DNA of 64,000 nt from Prevotella sp. GTDB taxonomy: Bacteria; Bacteroidota; Bacteroidia; Bacteroidales; Bacteroidaceae. How positions within the stretch are numbered: the stretch's first letter is position 1; each line of letters opens with the position of its first letter. This document shows, in pieces, positions 35,819 through 46,292 of this stretch. The stretch is taken from NCBI GenBank assembly GCA_017467705.1, contig JAFUSC010000016.1, positions 1,861-65,860 on the forward strand, in the 5' to 3' direction. The notes beneath the pieces were generated by a model that saw nothing but the letters and a program-made list of their open reading frames with translations, had not been told where the DNA came from and made no database searches. The position numbers were made by a program, and so were the translations under genes.

Positions 35819-37813
35819 ATGAGACGCGCTATATTATGTCTTGTCATGATGGTCATTGCACTGACCGCAGCAGCCCAGCACGCGACGGACTGGGAACAGG
35901 CTCTGCATGACGTGCTGGGCGAGGAGGACATTGACACGGGGCAGTGGGAACAGATGGTGGACCTGCTGACCGACTATGAAGAGCATCCGCTGGACCTTAA
36001 CCATGCCACACGCGACGAGCTGGAGGCGATTCCGTTTCTCTCTGCGCAGCAAGTGGAGGAGATCATGGCCTACCTGTATCGCTATGGTGAGATGCAGTCG
36101 ATGGGTGAGTTGCAGATGATTACTTCACTGGACTATCGGCAGCGGCAGTTGTTGCAGCACTTCATCTGCCTGAAGCATGAGCAGCCGCAGCAGTCGTTTC
36201 CACGGTTGGACAGCGTGGCACGCTGGGGAAAGCATGAGCTGACGGCACTGATGCATGTGCCGCTCTACGACCGGAAGGGTGACAAGAACGGGTATCTGGG
36301 CTATAAATACAAGCACTGGTTTCGTTACAAGTTCCAATACAGTGACCGCATCAAGATAGGACTGACCGGCACGCAGGACAGCGGTGAGCCGTTCTTTGCT
36401 GAGCGCAACCGTATGGGCTACGACCATTATGCCTACTACGTGATGCTGAACCGGATGGGGCGTCTGGAGTCATTGGTGATCGGGCAGTACCGGATGACGG
36501 CAGGCATGGGACTGGTCATCAATACGAATGTCAGCTTCGGCAAGTTGTCGACGCTCCAGAACCTGGGGCGCAGTGGCCATGCACTTCGGCCGAACACGTC
36601 GCGCATGGATGAGGGCTACCTGCAAGGTGCGGCTGCCACGGTGCGACTGGCGCGACCGTTGACGCTGACAGCATACATATCATACCGACCGATGGATGCT
36701 ACGCTGAACGATGACGGGACGGCGGCCACACTGCTGACGACCGGCTATCACCGCACACCGACGGAAATGAAGAAGAAGCATAATCTGTGGGTCACCGACG
36801 CAGGAGCTCACGTCAGTTTCCGACACGGGAACTGGCATGCGGGAGCCACGGCTGCCTACACGCACCTGAGCCGCGAGCTGCGTCCCAACACGAGCACCCT
36901 TTACCGCCGTTATTATCCTGTGGGCAGCGACTTCTTCAATGCCAGCGTTGACTACGGTTACACCGACTACCGCCTGTCGGCAACAGGTGAAACGGCTATT
37001 GACCAGTATGGAGCCGTGGCCACGGTCAACTCGTTGAGCTACCGCTTCTCGACGGAGCTCAGTCTGATGGCCCTTTACCGCTTCTACGGCTACCGTTATC
37101 AGTCGTTGCGCGCTCAGGGATTCGCAGAGGGAACACGCACGCAGAATGAGAGTGGCGCCTATGTGGGATTGGACTGGCATCCCTCCCGACGCTTTCAGCT
37201 GACGGCATACACTGATGTCGCTTATGCACCATGGGCTAAGTATCAGGCTTCCACGTCGTCGTGGGCATGGGATAACGTTGCCAGCATCAGCTGCGGTGTG
37301 GGGCGGTGGACCTTGCGCGGACGCTACCGTCTGCACCTGCGACAACGCGACGGCGTCAAGAAGAACACGCTGATATGGCGTAAGGAGAACCGTGGCCGGC
37401 TGGATGCAACCTACACGGCGGCGTCAGGCATGGCGTGGCACACGCAGGTGGACGGCTCGCTCGTCGACTACAAGAAGCGTGACTGGGGCTACATGTTGAG
37501 CGAGCGCGTGGCAATGGGGCTCGGTGGCGCGAAGCTGGATGTCGGTGCAGGCTATTTCCATACGTCGTCGTATGAGTCGCGGCTTTATGTCTATGAGCGT
37601 GCTGCGCTTTACACGTTCTCCTTCCCCATGTTCTACGGTGAGGGCGTGAGGGCGTGGCTGCTTGCCCGGGCTGACATCGGCAAGCACTGGACGTTGCAGG
37701 CTAAGGTGGGATGGACCAACTACTTTGACCGTCCGACCATTTCAAGCGGCATGCAACTCATCAATCATTCAGCCGTCACGGACGTTGACATACAGGTGAG
37801 ATGGAAGTGGTAA
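35819..37813 (+). CDS. Helix-hairpin-helix (ComEA-like) domain outer-membrane protein
   Basis: PLDLNHATRDELEAIPFLS HhH motif, beta-barrel-like remainder ending in W. Confidence 0.8.
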   Translation: MRRAILCLVMMVIALTAAAQHATDWEQALHDVLGEEDIDTGQWEQMVDLLTDYEEHPLDLNHATRDELEAIPFLSAQQVEEIMAYLYRYGEMQSMGELQMITSLDYRQRQLLQHFICLKHEQPQQSFPRLDSVARWGKHELTALMHVPLYDRKGDKNGYLGYKYKHWFRYKFQYSDRIKIGLTGTQDSGEPFFAERNRMGYDHYAYYVMLNRMGRLESLVIGQYRMTAGMGLVINTNVSFGKLSTLQNLGRSGHALRPNTSRMDEGYLQGAAATVRLARPLTLTAYISYRPMDATLNDDGTAATLLTTGYHRTPTEMKKKHNLWVTDAGAHVSFRHGNWHAGATAAYTHLSRELRPNTSTLYRRYYPVGSDFFNASVDYGYTDYRLSATGETAIDQYGAVATVNSLSYRFSTELSLMALYRFYGYRYQSLRAQGFAEGTRTQNESGAYVGLDWHPSRRFQLTAYTDVAYAPWAKYQASTSSWAWDNVASISCGVGRWTLRGRYRLHLRQRDGVKKNTLIWRKENRGRLDATYTAASGMAWHTQVDGSLVDYKKRDWGYMLSERVAMGLGGAKLDVGAGYFHTSSYESRLYVYERAALYTFSFPMFYGEGVRAWLLARADIGKHWTLQAKVGWTNYFDRPTISSGMQLINHSAVTDVDIQVRWKW

Positions 37814-37886
37814 ACAAAAGAAATAAGCAAAAATATTCGCTTTCTCTTCGCTAAATCGAAATTTTGCACTACCTTTGTACCCATTC

Positions 37887-38804
37887 ATGATGAGAAAGAT
37901 ATGTTTTTTGATAGCAGCTACGCTGCTAATTGGTTGCGGACAGTCGTACGAAGAGACTAAGAAACAGACCCGACTGCAACGCATCCGTGCGGCCAAGGAA
38001 GACTCGGCGGCACTGAAGATTGCTGTGCTGCCTACGCTTGACGGCCTGCCCCTTTTCGTCTTAAAGGAACTGCAACTCTATGACACCGCAGTGGTGGACA
38101 TCCGCCTGAAACGCTTTACGGCACAGATGGATTGTGACACGGCGCTGATGGGAACGGCAGCTGAAGGCATGATGAGCGACCTCGTCAGGTCACAACGTCT
38201 GGCTGCCCGTGGCTACAAGATGCGTTACATGGCTTCCATGAACACATGCTGGCAGCTAATAAGTAATAGGAACGCGCGCGTGCGCGAGCTCAAGCAGATG
38301 GAAGATAAGACCGTGGCCATGACCCGTTACTCGGCTACCGACCTGCTGACTGACCTGATTGTTGACTCCGCTCATGTGAAGAGTGAGCATGTCTATCGTG
38401 TGCAGGTGAATGACGTGAACGTGCGGCTGAAGATGTTGCAGAACAATGTGCTTGACTTGCTCTGGCTGACGGAACCGCAGGCCACGGCAGCGAAGAAGGA
38501 TGGCCGCAAACTGACGGACACCCGACAGCTGGGCCTGCAACTGGGAGTCATCGTGTTCAGACAAGACAAGGTGCGCACGTTGGAGCGTCGCAACCAGATG
38601 GAAGAGCTGTCCAAAGCATACGACCGTGCTTGCGATAGTATCAACAAGTATGGCATTGGCCATTACCGCGACATCATTGTAAATTACTGCGGCGTGGACG
38701 CGGCGTTAGTTGACTCGCTGCCTGCTGACATGAAGTTCCGGCACGCGGGCGGACCGTTGCAGCGTGACATGGAACGTGTGGACAAATGGCTGAAGTCAAG
38801 ATAA
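37887..38804 (+). CDS. Periplasmic binding lipoprotein (SsuA/NMT1-like)
   Basis: LIGC lipobox, LKIAVLPTLDGLP, AQMDCDTAL, LTEPQAT. Confidence 0.7.
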   Translation: MMRKICFLIAATLLIGCGQSYEETKKQTRLQRIRAAKEDSAALKIAVLPTLDGLPLFVLKELQLYDTAVVDIRLKRFTAQMDCDTALMGTAAEGMMSDLVRSQRLAARGYKMRYMASMNTCWQLISNRNARVRELKQMEDKTVAMTRYSATDLLTDLIVDSAHVKSEHVYRVQVNDVNVRLKMLQNNVLDLLWLTEPQATAAKKDGRKLTDTRQLGLQLGVIVFRQDKVRTLERRNQMEELSKAYDRACDSINKYGIGHYRDIIVNYCGVDAALVDSLPADMKFRHAGGPLQRDMERVDKWLKSR

Positions 38805-38837
38805 CCGGTAACATCATCACAACAGAAACGGACAAAC

Positions 38838-41060
38838 ATGCAGAGTGAACTATTGCATAGGGTGAGGACGCAGCTGCTACAGCGCAATGTCGGACGTGCC
38901 ATCGAGGAGATGCGTACGTACATGGCTGCCTATCAGTATACGGAACTCATGCCCCGTCTGGATGACGTAGCACAGGAGTATGACCTGATGAAGGGCTACT
39001 GGCAAGAGGGATTCCGTGATCCGAAGGTTGAGGAGAACTATGTGCGGCTGCTTCATGCCACGTGGCGGATATATATTGACGCTGAGCGTGCGGAGAGTTT
39101 CCGCCGTTCAGCGTTTCTGGCTTCACTGCGCAACAGGGTGTGCTATTACCAGAGCCGCCGTGATTGGTCGGTGGACGTTGTCAGGAGTGAGTTAGAGGCT
39201 TTCGTCAGCGAGACGACGGTGCTTGAACTCGAACCGCCTCATCAGGTGGCCGACAGGCGCGCAGCCCTCTATGCAGAGCACCAGCGCCGAATGGATGACT
39301 TGTTTGATTACATCTGGGTGTCGCCGGCATGGACTGACCAGATGGCAGAGGTGTTTGCCCAGTTGCTGCTGACGCCTACGGTGGACACGAAAGACCAGCA
39401 GCTGATGGTCTCGGCGGTGATGCTGTCAGTCATCGGACTCTTTGACATGGCCAAGTTCCGCCTGTTGGTGGAAGTCTATCGTCAGGCAACCGATGAGCAG
39501 GTCAGGCAACGGGCACTGGTCGGGGTGGTGCTGGCCATTGATGAAGAGGCGGCAGCCGTCTTCCCCGAACAGCGGCAATTGACGGAAATGCTGATGAACG
39601 ACGACCGATGCCGTGAGGAGCTGGTGGAACTGCAGATGCAGATGATCTACTGCATCAATGCTGAGCGTGACCATCACAAAATACAGCAAGAAATCATGCC
39701 TGACCTGTTGAAGGGGAATAATATCCGCATTACGCGCCATGGCATTGAAGAGGTGGAAGACGACGAGTTGGAAGACATCTTGCATCCTGAGGAGTCTGAG
39801 CAACGCATGGAAAGGGTAGAGGCGTCGTTTAACAAGATGATGGACATGCAGCGTCAGGGGTCTGACATCTACTTCGGAGGCTTCTCGCAGATGAAGCGCT
39901 TTACATTCTTCCAGCAGCCGAGCAACTGGTTCGTGCCTTTCTACTTCGGGCATCCGGGCATTGCTGACGTCATGAAGAAGTCGGGGAGTTCGGTCTTCCT
40001 GCAGAAGCTGATGGCAAAGGGACCCTTCTGCAATAGTGATAAGTACTCGTTTGTGCTTGCCTTCCAACAGGTGGTTGACCACCTGCCTCAGAACCTGCGC
40101 GATATGTTCAACCGAGGTGAGCTGGCCATGGATGAGATAGATGCGGGCAGTGATCATGCGTCACCTGCTTTCATACGTCGGCTTTACTTGCAGGACATCT
40201 ATCGCTTCTATCGCGTGTTTAACCGTGCGTCGCACATTGACAATCCCTTTGACCAGCAAGACGAAGAACTGCAGCACGTGCTTTTCCTGCGTTCTGCGCT
40301 CTTCCGTCATGACGTGCTGGGCCGACAGCTGGCCGGTGTTGCGGCATTGCTGATGAAGCAGCATCTTGACCGACAGGCGGTGGCCCTGCTGCGTAATGTT
40401 CCCGCTGCGGCTTATGACGGGCAGTATTATCTGATGTTGGGCAACGCTTTGCTGCGAAGTGTCCGACATGAAGAGGAACAGCAAAGCGGCAAAGGTGAAC
40501 GGAATGATGAAGTGCTGTACTGCTTCAGGCAGGCAGTGGCATTACAACCCCGGCACGAACAGGCACAGCAGGCGTTGGCACGTGACCTGTTCCGACGTAA
40601 GGACTATGCCGAGGCCGAAGCGGTCTATGACGTGCTGATGACCCTGAACGAGGAACGGCGCAGCTATAGGTTGAACAAGGCCATCTGCATGATTAACCGC
40701 GGTGAGGCTGATGATGCATTGCCGCTGCTCTATCAGTTGAGCTTCGACGACGAGGGTAATGACAAAGTGAATGGTGTGCTGGCTTGGGCTCTGACGGTCA
40801 TCGGTGAGTATGACCGCGCCATGACGCTCTATGAGCAGCTGAACGGTGACCAAGAGCAGCAACCGGGTAATCTGCTCAATGAGGGATTCTGCTGGTGGTT
40901 CATGGGAAAGAACCGTCAGGCCGTGCAGCGTTTCAGGCAGTATGTGGAGCAGACGAAAGAAACGGCCGATGCTATTATTGACAATGAAAGAGACTTGCTG
41001 TTGCAGAAGGGTGTCAGTGAACCTGAAGTGCAGATGATGCTGGATGCCATCTCGGCGTGA
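38838..41060 (+). CDS. Tetratricopeptide-repeat protein
   Basis: Helical protein with C-terminal TPR-like repeats and the blocks GSDIYFGGFSQMKRF and FCNSDKYSF. Confidence 0.75.
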   Translation: MQSELLHRVRTQLLQRNVGRAIEEMRTYMAAYQYTELMPRLDDVAQEYDLMKGYWQEGFRDPKVEENYVRLLHATWRIYIDAERAESFRRSAFLASLRNRVCYYQSRRDWSVDVVRSELEAFVSETTVLELEPPHQVADRRAALYAEHQRRMDDLFDYIWVSPAWTDQMAEVFAQLLLTPTVDTKDQQLMVSAVMLSVIGLFDMAKFRLLVEVYRQATDEQVRQRALVGVVLAIDEEAAAVFPEQRQLTEMLMNDDRCREELVELQMQMIYCINAERDHHKIQQEIMPDLLKGNNIRITRHGIEEVEDDELEDILHPEESEQRMERVEASFNKMMDMQRQGSDIYFGGFSQMKRFTFFQQPSNWFVPFYFGHPGIADVMKKSGSSVFLQKLMAKGPFCNSDKYSFVLAFQQVVDHLPQNLRDMFNRGELAMDEIDAGSDHASPAFIRRLYLQDIYRFYRVFNRASHIDNPFDQQDEELQHVLFLRSALFRHDVLGRQLAGVAALLMKQHLDRQAVALLRNVPAAAYDGQYYLMLGNALLRSVRHEEEQQSGKGERNDEVLYCFRQAVALQPRHEQAQQALARDLFRRKDYAEAEAVYDVLMTLNEERRSYRLNKAICMINRGEADDALPLLYQLSFDDEGNDKVNGVLAWALTVIGEYDRAMTLYEQLNGDQEQQPGNLLNEGFCWWFMGKNRQAVQRFRQYVEQTKETADAIIDNERDLLLQKGVSEPEVQMMLDAISA

Positions 41061-41062
41061 TG

Positions 41063-41100
41063 CTGTAACTCCTGTAACTCCAGCAACTCCAACAACTCCT
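41063..41100. repeat. 9-bp tandem repeat (CTGTAACTC-like) x4
   Basis: Fills the gap between two convergent stop codons. Confidence 0.8.
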
Positions 41101-41103
41101 TGC

Positions 41104-42444
41104 TTATATGAACGGGGTCAGCAGATGGTAAAGCCATCCGCGGAACTTCTGCCATGGTGTGCGGAATGTGTCCCACACCTCTGGAGTCAGGTAGATACAT
41201 TCTTGTTTGTCCCGGTCGAACATATCGTCCAGTTCGCGCGTGGTGTTGGGGTCAACAATCACCGCGTTCTCCTCGTAGTCATACCGCATGCTGCGTGAGT
41301 TGAGGTTGGCACTGCCCACCGTGCAGAAGCGACCGTCAACCATCATGATCTTGGAATGGTGGAAGCCCGGCTTGTATATCCAGATGTCGGCACCCCATTC
41401 CATCAGTTGGTGGACGTTGTAGAACACGACGTCAGGGACGATGGGGATGTCACATTTCTCGGATACCATGATTTCTACCTTGATGCCGCGTTCGATGGCT
41501 TCGCGCAGTGCCGTCTTGACAGACGGTAGGATGTTGAAGTAGGGGTTGATGATCTTGATGGAATCCTGTGCGTCGTTGATGGCGTTCAGGTAGAAGTACT
41601 GGATGATGTCACTGGTCCTGTGCGGCTCACGGTTGACGATGCCCACGGTCTTATGCCCCGCCGTGGCGGTAGTGTCGGGCTTCAGTCCTTCAAAGTCGTG
41701 AGGATTGGTGTAAGTGCAGAAATACTTTTGTGCCCAGATGTCCTCGCCAGTCACTTCCTTCCACATGCGAATGAATATCTGCTGTAATTGGTGCACGGCA
41801 CCTCCTTCGATGCGGCAATGCATGTCGCGCCACTCACCGACCTCTTCTGTCCCTTTGATGTAGTAGTCGGCTACATTCATTCCGCCCGTGTAGCCTATTT
41901 GTCCGTCGATGATTACAATCTTGCGGTGGTCGCGCGTGAAGGCATGGTTAATCCACGGGAAACGCATCGGGTCAAACTCATAAATCTGGATGCTGTCTGC
42001 ACGCAGGGCTTGCAGGTGTGACTTCTTGAGCGGGCGGTTGTTGGAGTCGTTGCCCCATCCGTCGAACAGTGCACGCACCTCAACCCCTTCGCGTGCCTTC
42101 TGTCGGAGCAGGTCAAACAGCAACGAGGCAATGGAGTCGTTGCGGAAGTTGAAGTATTCCAAGTGGATGCTGCTTTTGGCCTGACGGATGGCACCGAACA
42201 TGTCGTCGAACTTCTCTTGTCCGGTCATCAGCAGCGTCACGCTGTTGTCGTGTGTGAAGGTGATGTTTTTCTCTCGCAGGGCTTGGACGATGAGCGAGTC
42301 GCTGGTTGGGCGGGCTGCTGTGGCGACGGTGTCTCTTTGTACGGTGGGAAACGCACTGAGTACTGTGATGGAATCAACAATCTGTGCATACCCGGAAGGT
42401 ATGCACAGAATCAGTAGTCCCAGCAAGGTGGCGTGACACTTCAT
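41104..42444 (-). CDS. cls: Cardiolipin synthase-like phospholipase D protein
   Basis: Two HKD motifs: DHRKIVIIDG..GYTGGMN and HHSKIMMVDG...VGSANLNSRS. Confidence 0.88.
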   Translation of the reverse strand: MKCHATLLGLLILCIPSGYAQIVDSITVLSAFPTVQRDTVATAARPTSDSLIVQALREKNITFTHDNSVTLLMTGQEKFDDMFGAIRQAKSSIHLEYFNFRNDSIASLLFDLLRQKAREGVEVRALFDGWGNDSNNRPLKKSHLQALRADSIQIYEFDPMRFPWINHAFTRDHRKIVIIDGQIGYTGGMNVADYYIKGTEEVGEWRDMHCRIEGGAVHQLQQIFIRMWKEVTGEDIWAQKYFCTYTNPHDFEGLKPDTTATAGHKTVGIVNREPHRTSDIIQYFYLNAINDAQDSIKIINPYFNILPSVKTALREAIERGIKVEIMVSEKCDIPIVPDVVFYNVHQLMEWGADIWIYKPGFHHSKIMMVDGRFCTVGSANLNSRSMRYDYEENAVIVDPNTTRELDDMFDRDKQECIYLTPEVWDTFRTPWQKFRGWLYHLLTPFI

Positions 42445-42446
42445 GC

Positions 42447-45400
42447 TTAAAATCCCTTACGATACTTGAGCCGGTACTCCAAGGGCGTCATGCCGAACCG
42501 TTCCTTAAAGATGTTGGTGAAGTTTTCTGCGGTCATGAATCCGACGTTGATGGCCAACTCGTTCATGTTGATGTTGGTGCGTGTCAGCAGGGTGGTGGCA
42601 TGCTTCAACCGCAGGTCGCGCACAACCTCGGCAGGTGTCTTCGACGTGATGTTGCGAATCTTGTGGAAGAACGGCACACGTCCCATGCCCATGGCATTGG
42701 CCATCTCTTCAAGACTGATCTGGCCGCGGCTCATGTTGTGGATGACGTACTGCTCCACGTTCTTCATCAGCTGTTGGTCCATCATGTTGTTGATGGAGTA
42801 GTCGCCCAGCATTTCATTCTCGCCATAGAGTCCGGTGGTGAGCGAGTTGTCCTGTTGGGTGGTCAGCTGGTTGTCAGCAGCCACGGGCTCGTTGAAGGTG
42901 GTGGCTTCATCATCCTCGGTCGTCTCGCCGTTGTTCACCGGGCCGCGCACTACTTTGTTCTCTGTCTCGTCGAAGTAGAACGTTGACGTCGTCATACTTG
43001 AGTTGTGACCCTCCAGCATGCGGGTCTCACCGCCTTCAATGACGTTCTGTGAGAATTCTATCGGTCCGACGCCCAGCACCTTGTTGAACCGCAGCACAGC
43101 CTCCTGCACATTGAACGGCTTGGCTATCATGTCGTCAGCCGAGAGCGTGATGTTCTGGTTCTTGATGTCTTGGGGCGAGAGCACACCGTCAGTCATCAGG
43201 ATGAACTTGGTACGCTCCGTGCGTGGATTGGTCTTCATCATGTTACACAGGTCACTGCCCGTCATGCCAATCATGATCTGCTTACAGATAACCAAGTCGG
43301 CCATCATGACCTTGAGGTCGTTGGCTGCCGTCTTGATGTCGCTATACAGGCGCAGGTCGTAGATGTCTTGCATGTGGGTCTTGATGAAGCCCAGGAAGTC
43401 TTCATTGTCATCAATAAAGACGACGACAAATTTCTTGGTCGCTGCGTCTGCGTTTTGCATCTTGAACTCTGACGTAAGCTCTTCGTCAGCAACCTCAGGC
43501 AGGTTCACCATGCCCTTGTCGTTCAGGCCGAGTCGTTCGTTGACCGTGGCTACGGCTTTCGCCTCGGGATTCTCGAGCGTTGACTGCATCTCGGCAATGC
43601 GCGTGATGACTTGCAGCATCTGGAAGTGGAGCGAGTTCAGCTGCTCACGTCCTTCAAGGCTGGTCTCATTCTCTGCGAGGTTGCCAATGATGGTGGTCAT
43701 GCGTGCCATGGGCTGGCGCAACTCGTCACTGGCGGCCTTGATTTCCTCGCGCTGGCGCTTGAGCTGGTCGATGACGTTCTTCTTCCGCTTCCATATCTCC
43801 TGAAGCTTTCCTATGCCGAAGCGCCAGATGTAGAGCGTAACGATGATGAGGGCGATGTAGATGGCAATCATCCACCATGAGAGCCACCACGGATGCAGGA
43901 TGCGGATTTCAATGGCGCGCTCCTGATCGCTCACGGCTCCTTCGGCACTGATGGCCTTGACGTGCAGGGTGTATTTGCCGCTGCCGAGGTTGTGGAAGGT
44001 GACACCGTGTTTCAGGGCGTCGCCGGTCTTCCAGTCATCATCATATCCCTCCATCCAGTACATGAACATCAGGCGTTCGCTCTGGTTGTAGTTGCCGGCA
44101 GCAAACTTGATGGTAAACGTGTTCTGGTCGTTGCCTAATTCAATCTTGGAACACTCATTGAGTGCCAAGGGTAGGGGAACCCTGCCGCCGTATTCATGAC
44201 CGGTCTTGACCTCCTCCTCGCCGAGGAACATCTGTGTCAGCATGACGCGCGGCAGCACGTCCTTCTCTTCCTTGTCGCGCTGGCGCACCCAGTTGATGCC
44301 GTAGAGTCCGCCGAACAGCACGCTGCCGTCTTTCTTCTTCAGAATGGCACCCATGTTGAACTCGTTTGACTGCAGACCGTCGCTGGTGTCGTAGTTGTAG
44401 AGTCCGTAGTTGTATGAACCGGTCTCGTGGTTGCGCTGCACGACGACGCGCGACACACCGTTGCTGGTGGTTACCCAGATGTTATGTGCCTTGTCTTCGG
44501 CCAGACCGCAGATGACGTTGTTGGTCAGTCCCTCCTTTTCCGTCAGGTAGTTGAGCGTGTCGTTCTCCAGATTCAGCACGTTCACACCGTCACGTGTTCC
44601 GATCCACAGCAGGTTGCGTGAGTCTTGAATAACCTGTGTGACGTAGTTGTTGGTGAATGTCTTGAGGTTGGTCGTGTTACCGGTCAGGTGCTTGATCTCC
44701 GTCGTGGAGAGGTTGAGCAGGGCCAGTCCCTCGGCTGTGCCTATCAGCAGCATGTTGTCTTTCCCGTAGAACAGGGATGTGATGTTATTGGTCGTCAGCT
44801 TACCGTTCTCACGGGTGTAGCTTGAAAACGTGTTCATCTTGGGGTTGTAGACTTGCAGTCCTCCGTTGGTTGCAATCCACAGGTTGCCCACCTTGTCGCA
44901 GCAAAGTGCATTGATGTGGTCGTCAATGACGGTGCGCATGCTGTCCTTGGCCGTGGAGTAGATGCTGGTGGTGCCACCCTTGATGCGGGTCAGTCCGTTG
45001 CGCTTTGAACCCACCCAGAGACTGCCGTCGGGCGTGAAGGCCATGGCTGTGATCTTGGTGCTGGCCAGCTCGCCTCCGTAGCCGATGATGCCCTTGTCGC
45101 TGGTGCCATACCACACGGCGCCGGTGCTGTCCTGTGCCATGGCGGTGATGTCGCCGTTGAGCTGCGAGTCGAACTTGTAGATGTGCTGTCCGCAGAAGGC
45201 AACGCCTGACTTCTCTGTGCCTACCCACAGCAGGTCGGTGTCGTCGACGTACAGGCTCTGTATGCCGAGCACCTCGCTCTCGTCAGCCTGCTGGTCATTG
45301 ATGCTGCGTGGCTGTACGCTTTCCAGCGTGTGTGAGTTGACGGTGGCGTGGAACAGGCCGTTGCGGTCAGTACCTATCCAGATGTTGCCCTTGCTGTCGC

Positions 45401-46229
45401 CGACGATGCCGTTGACGGTACGGTCGACGCTGGAGCTGGTCAGCCCGAGCTGGTCGCCGAAGCTGGTGTTCCATTCGTTGGTGTTACGGTTGTAGATGAA
45501 GAGCGTGCCCTGACCGTAGAGCCAGATGTTGTCCATCTGGTCGGTGTATATCTTGAGCGTCTTCGTGTGGCGCAGGTGTTGTGCTGCCACGTGGTTGGTG
45601 GCCCACACCGTGTGCTGCTGGTGCATGACGTCGCAGCAGACCAGACGACCGTCGTCGTAGACCATGATGGCACCGTCGCGGCACTCGCCGATGGAGCAGA
45701 TGGTGCCTTGGGGGATGCCTTGCGTGTCGTTGGTGTAGCCGAACTCATACAGCAGCTGTTGCTGCATGTTGTAGACCACGACTCCTTTATTGGGGATGGA
45801 AGCCCAGAGGTTCTTGTGGCGGTCAATGTAGATGATGTTCGGGTCACCGGAGATGCCCATGCGTCCCAGCACCTGCCGCATGTCGCACTCGAAGGTCTCT
45901 GTCTGCGAGTGATAGACGCAATAGCCGGCAGAGGTCTCTACCCACAGGCTTCCGTCAAGCGCCTCCTGTATGTTGTGGATGTAGCTGTCAGGAAGGGAAT
46001 TGCCGTCCTGCGAGTCGCTCTGGAAGTTCTTGAACACGTAGCCGTCATAGCGGTAGAGGCCCGACGTGGTGCCCAGCCAGACGTAGCCGCGTGAGTCTTT
46101 GAGGATACAGTTGACCTGACTGCTCGTCAGTCCGTTGCGGACATCGAGCGTCTTGAACAGGTAAACACCGGCTGCTGCAATGGGAACCAGCAGGGCGAAC
46201 AACAGAAGTATTTTCTTGATACCTTTCAT
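42447..46229 (-). CDS. Hybrid two-component-like regulator with degenerate kinase and receiver
   Basis: Propeller repeats, Y_Y_Y-like domain, TM helix, HisKA-like SDELRQP, REC-like domain, AraC HTH. Alternative start at 46253. Confidence 0.85.
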   Translation of the reverse strand: MKGIKKILLLFALLVPIAAAGVYLFKTLDVRNGLTSSQVNCILKDSRGYVWLGTTSGLYRYDGYVFKNFQSDSQDGNSLPDSYIHNIQEALDGSLWVETSAGYCVYHSQTETFECDMRQVLGRMGISGDPNIIYIDRHKNLWASIPNKGVVVYNMQQQLLYEFGYTNDTQGIPQGTICSIGECRDGAIMVYDDGRLVCCDVMHQQHTVWATNHVAAQHLRHTKTLKIYTDQMDNIWLYGQGTLFIYNRNTNEWNTSFGDQLGLTSSSVDRTVNGIVGDSKGNIWIGTDRNGLFHATVNSHTLESVQPRSINDQQADESEVLGIQSLYVDDTDLLWVGTEKSGVAFCGQHIYKFDSQLNGDITAMAQDSTGAVWYGTSDKGIIGYGGELASTKITAMAFTPDGSLWVGSKRNGLTRIKGGTTSIYSTAKDSMRTVIDDHINALCCDKVGNLWIATNGGLQVYNPKMNTFSSYTRENGKLTTNNITSLFYGKDNMLLIGTAEGLALLNLSTTEIKHLTGNTTNLKTFTNNYVTQVIQDSRNLLWIGTRDGVNVLNLENDTLNYLTEKEGLTNNVICGLAEDKAHNIWVTTSNGVSRVVVQRNHETGSYNYGLYNYDTSDGLQSNEFNMGAILKKKDGSVLFGGLYGINWVRQRDKEEKDVLPRVMLTQMFLGEEEVKTGHEYGGRVPLPLALNECSKIELGNDQNTFTIKFAAGNYNQSERLMFMYWMEGYDDDWKTGDALKHGVTFHNLGSGKYTLHVKAISAEGAVSDQERAIEIRILHPWWLSWWMIAIYIALIIVTLYIWRFGIGKLQEIWKRKKNVIDQLKRQREEIKAASDELRQPMARMTTIIGNLAENETSLEGREQLNSLHFQMLQVITRIAEMQSTLENPEAKAVATVNERLGLNDKGMVNLPEVADEELTSEFKMQNADAATKKFVVVFIDDNEDFLGFIKTHMQDIYDLRLYSDIKTAANDLKVMMADLVICKQIMIGMTGSDLCNMMKTNPRTERTKFILMTDGVLSPQDIKNQNITLSADDMIAKPFNVQEAVLRFNKVLGVGPIEFSQNVIEGGETRMLEGHNSSMTTSTFYFDETENKVVRGPVNNGETTEDDEATTFNEPVAADNQLTTQQDNSLTTGLYGENEMLGDYSINNMMDQQLMKNVEQYVIHNMSRGQISLEEMANAMGMGRVPFFHKIRNITSKTPAEVVRDLRLKHATTLLTRTNINMNELAINVGFMTAENFTNIFKERFGMTPLEYRLKYRKGF

Positions 46230-46252
46230 ATTCTTATCTGATAGTATTGTCA

Positions 46253-46292
46253 TAACTCCTTAACTTCTTAACTCCATAACTCCATAACTCCT
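46253..46292. repeat. 8-bp tandem repeat TAACTCCW x5
   Basis: Fills the spacer between kdsD and the regulator. Confidence 0.85.
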
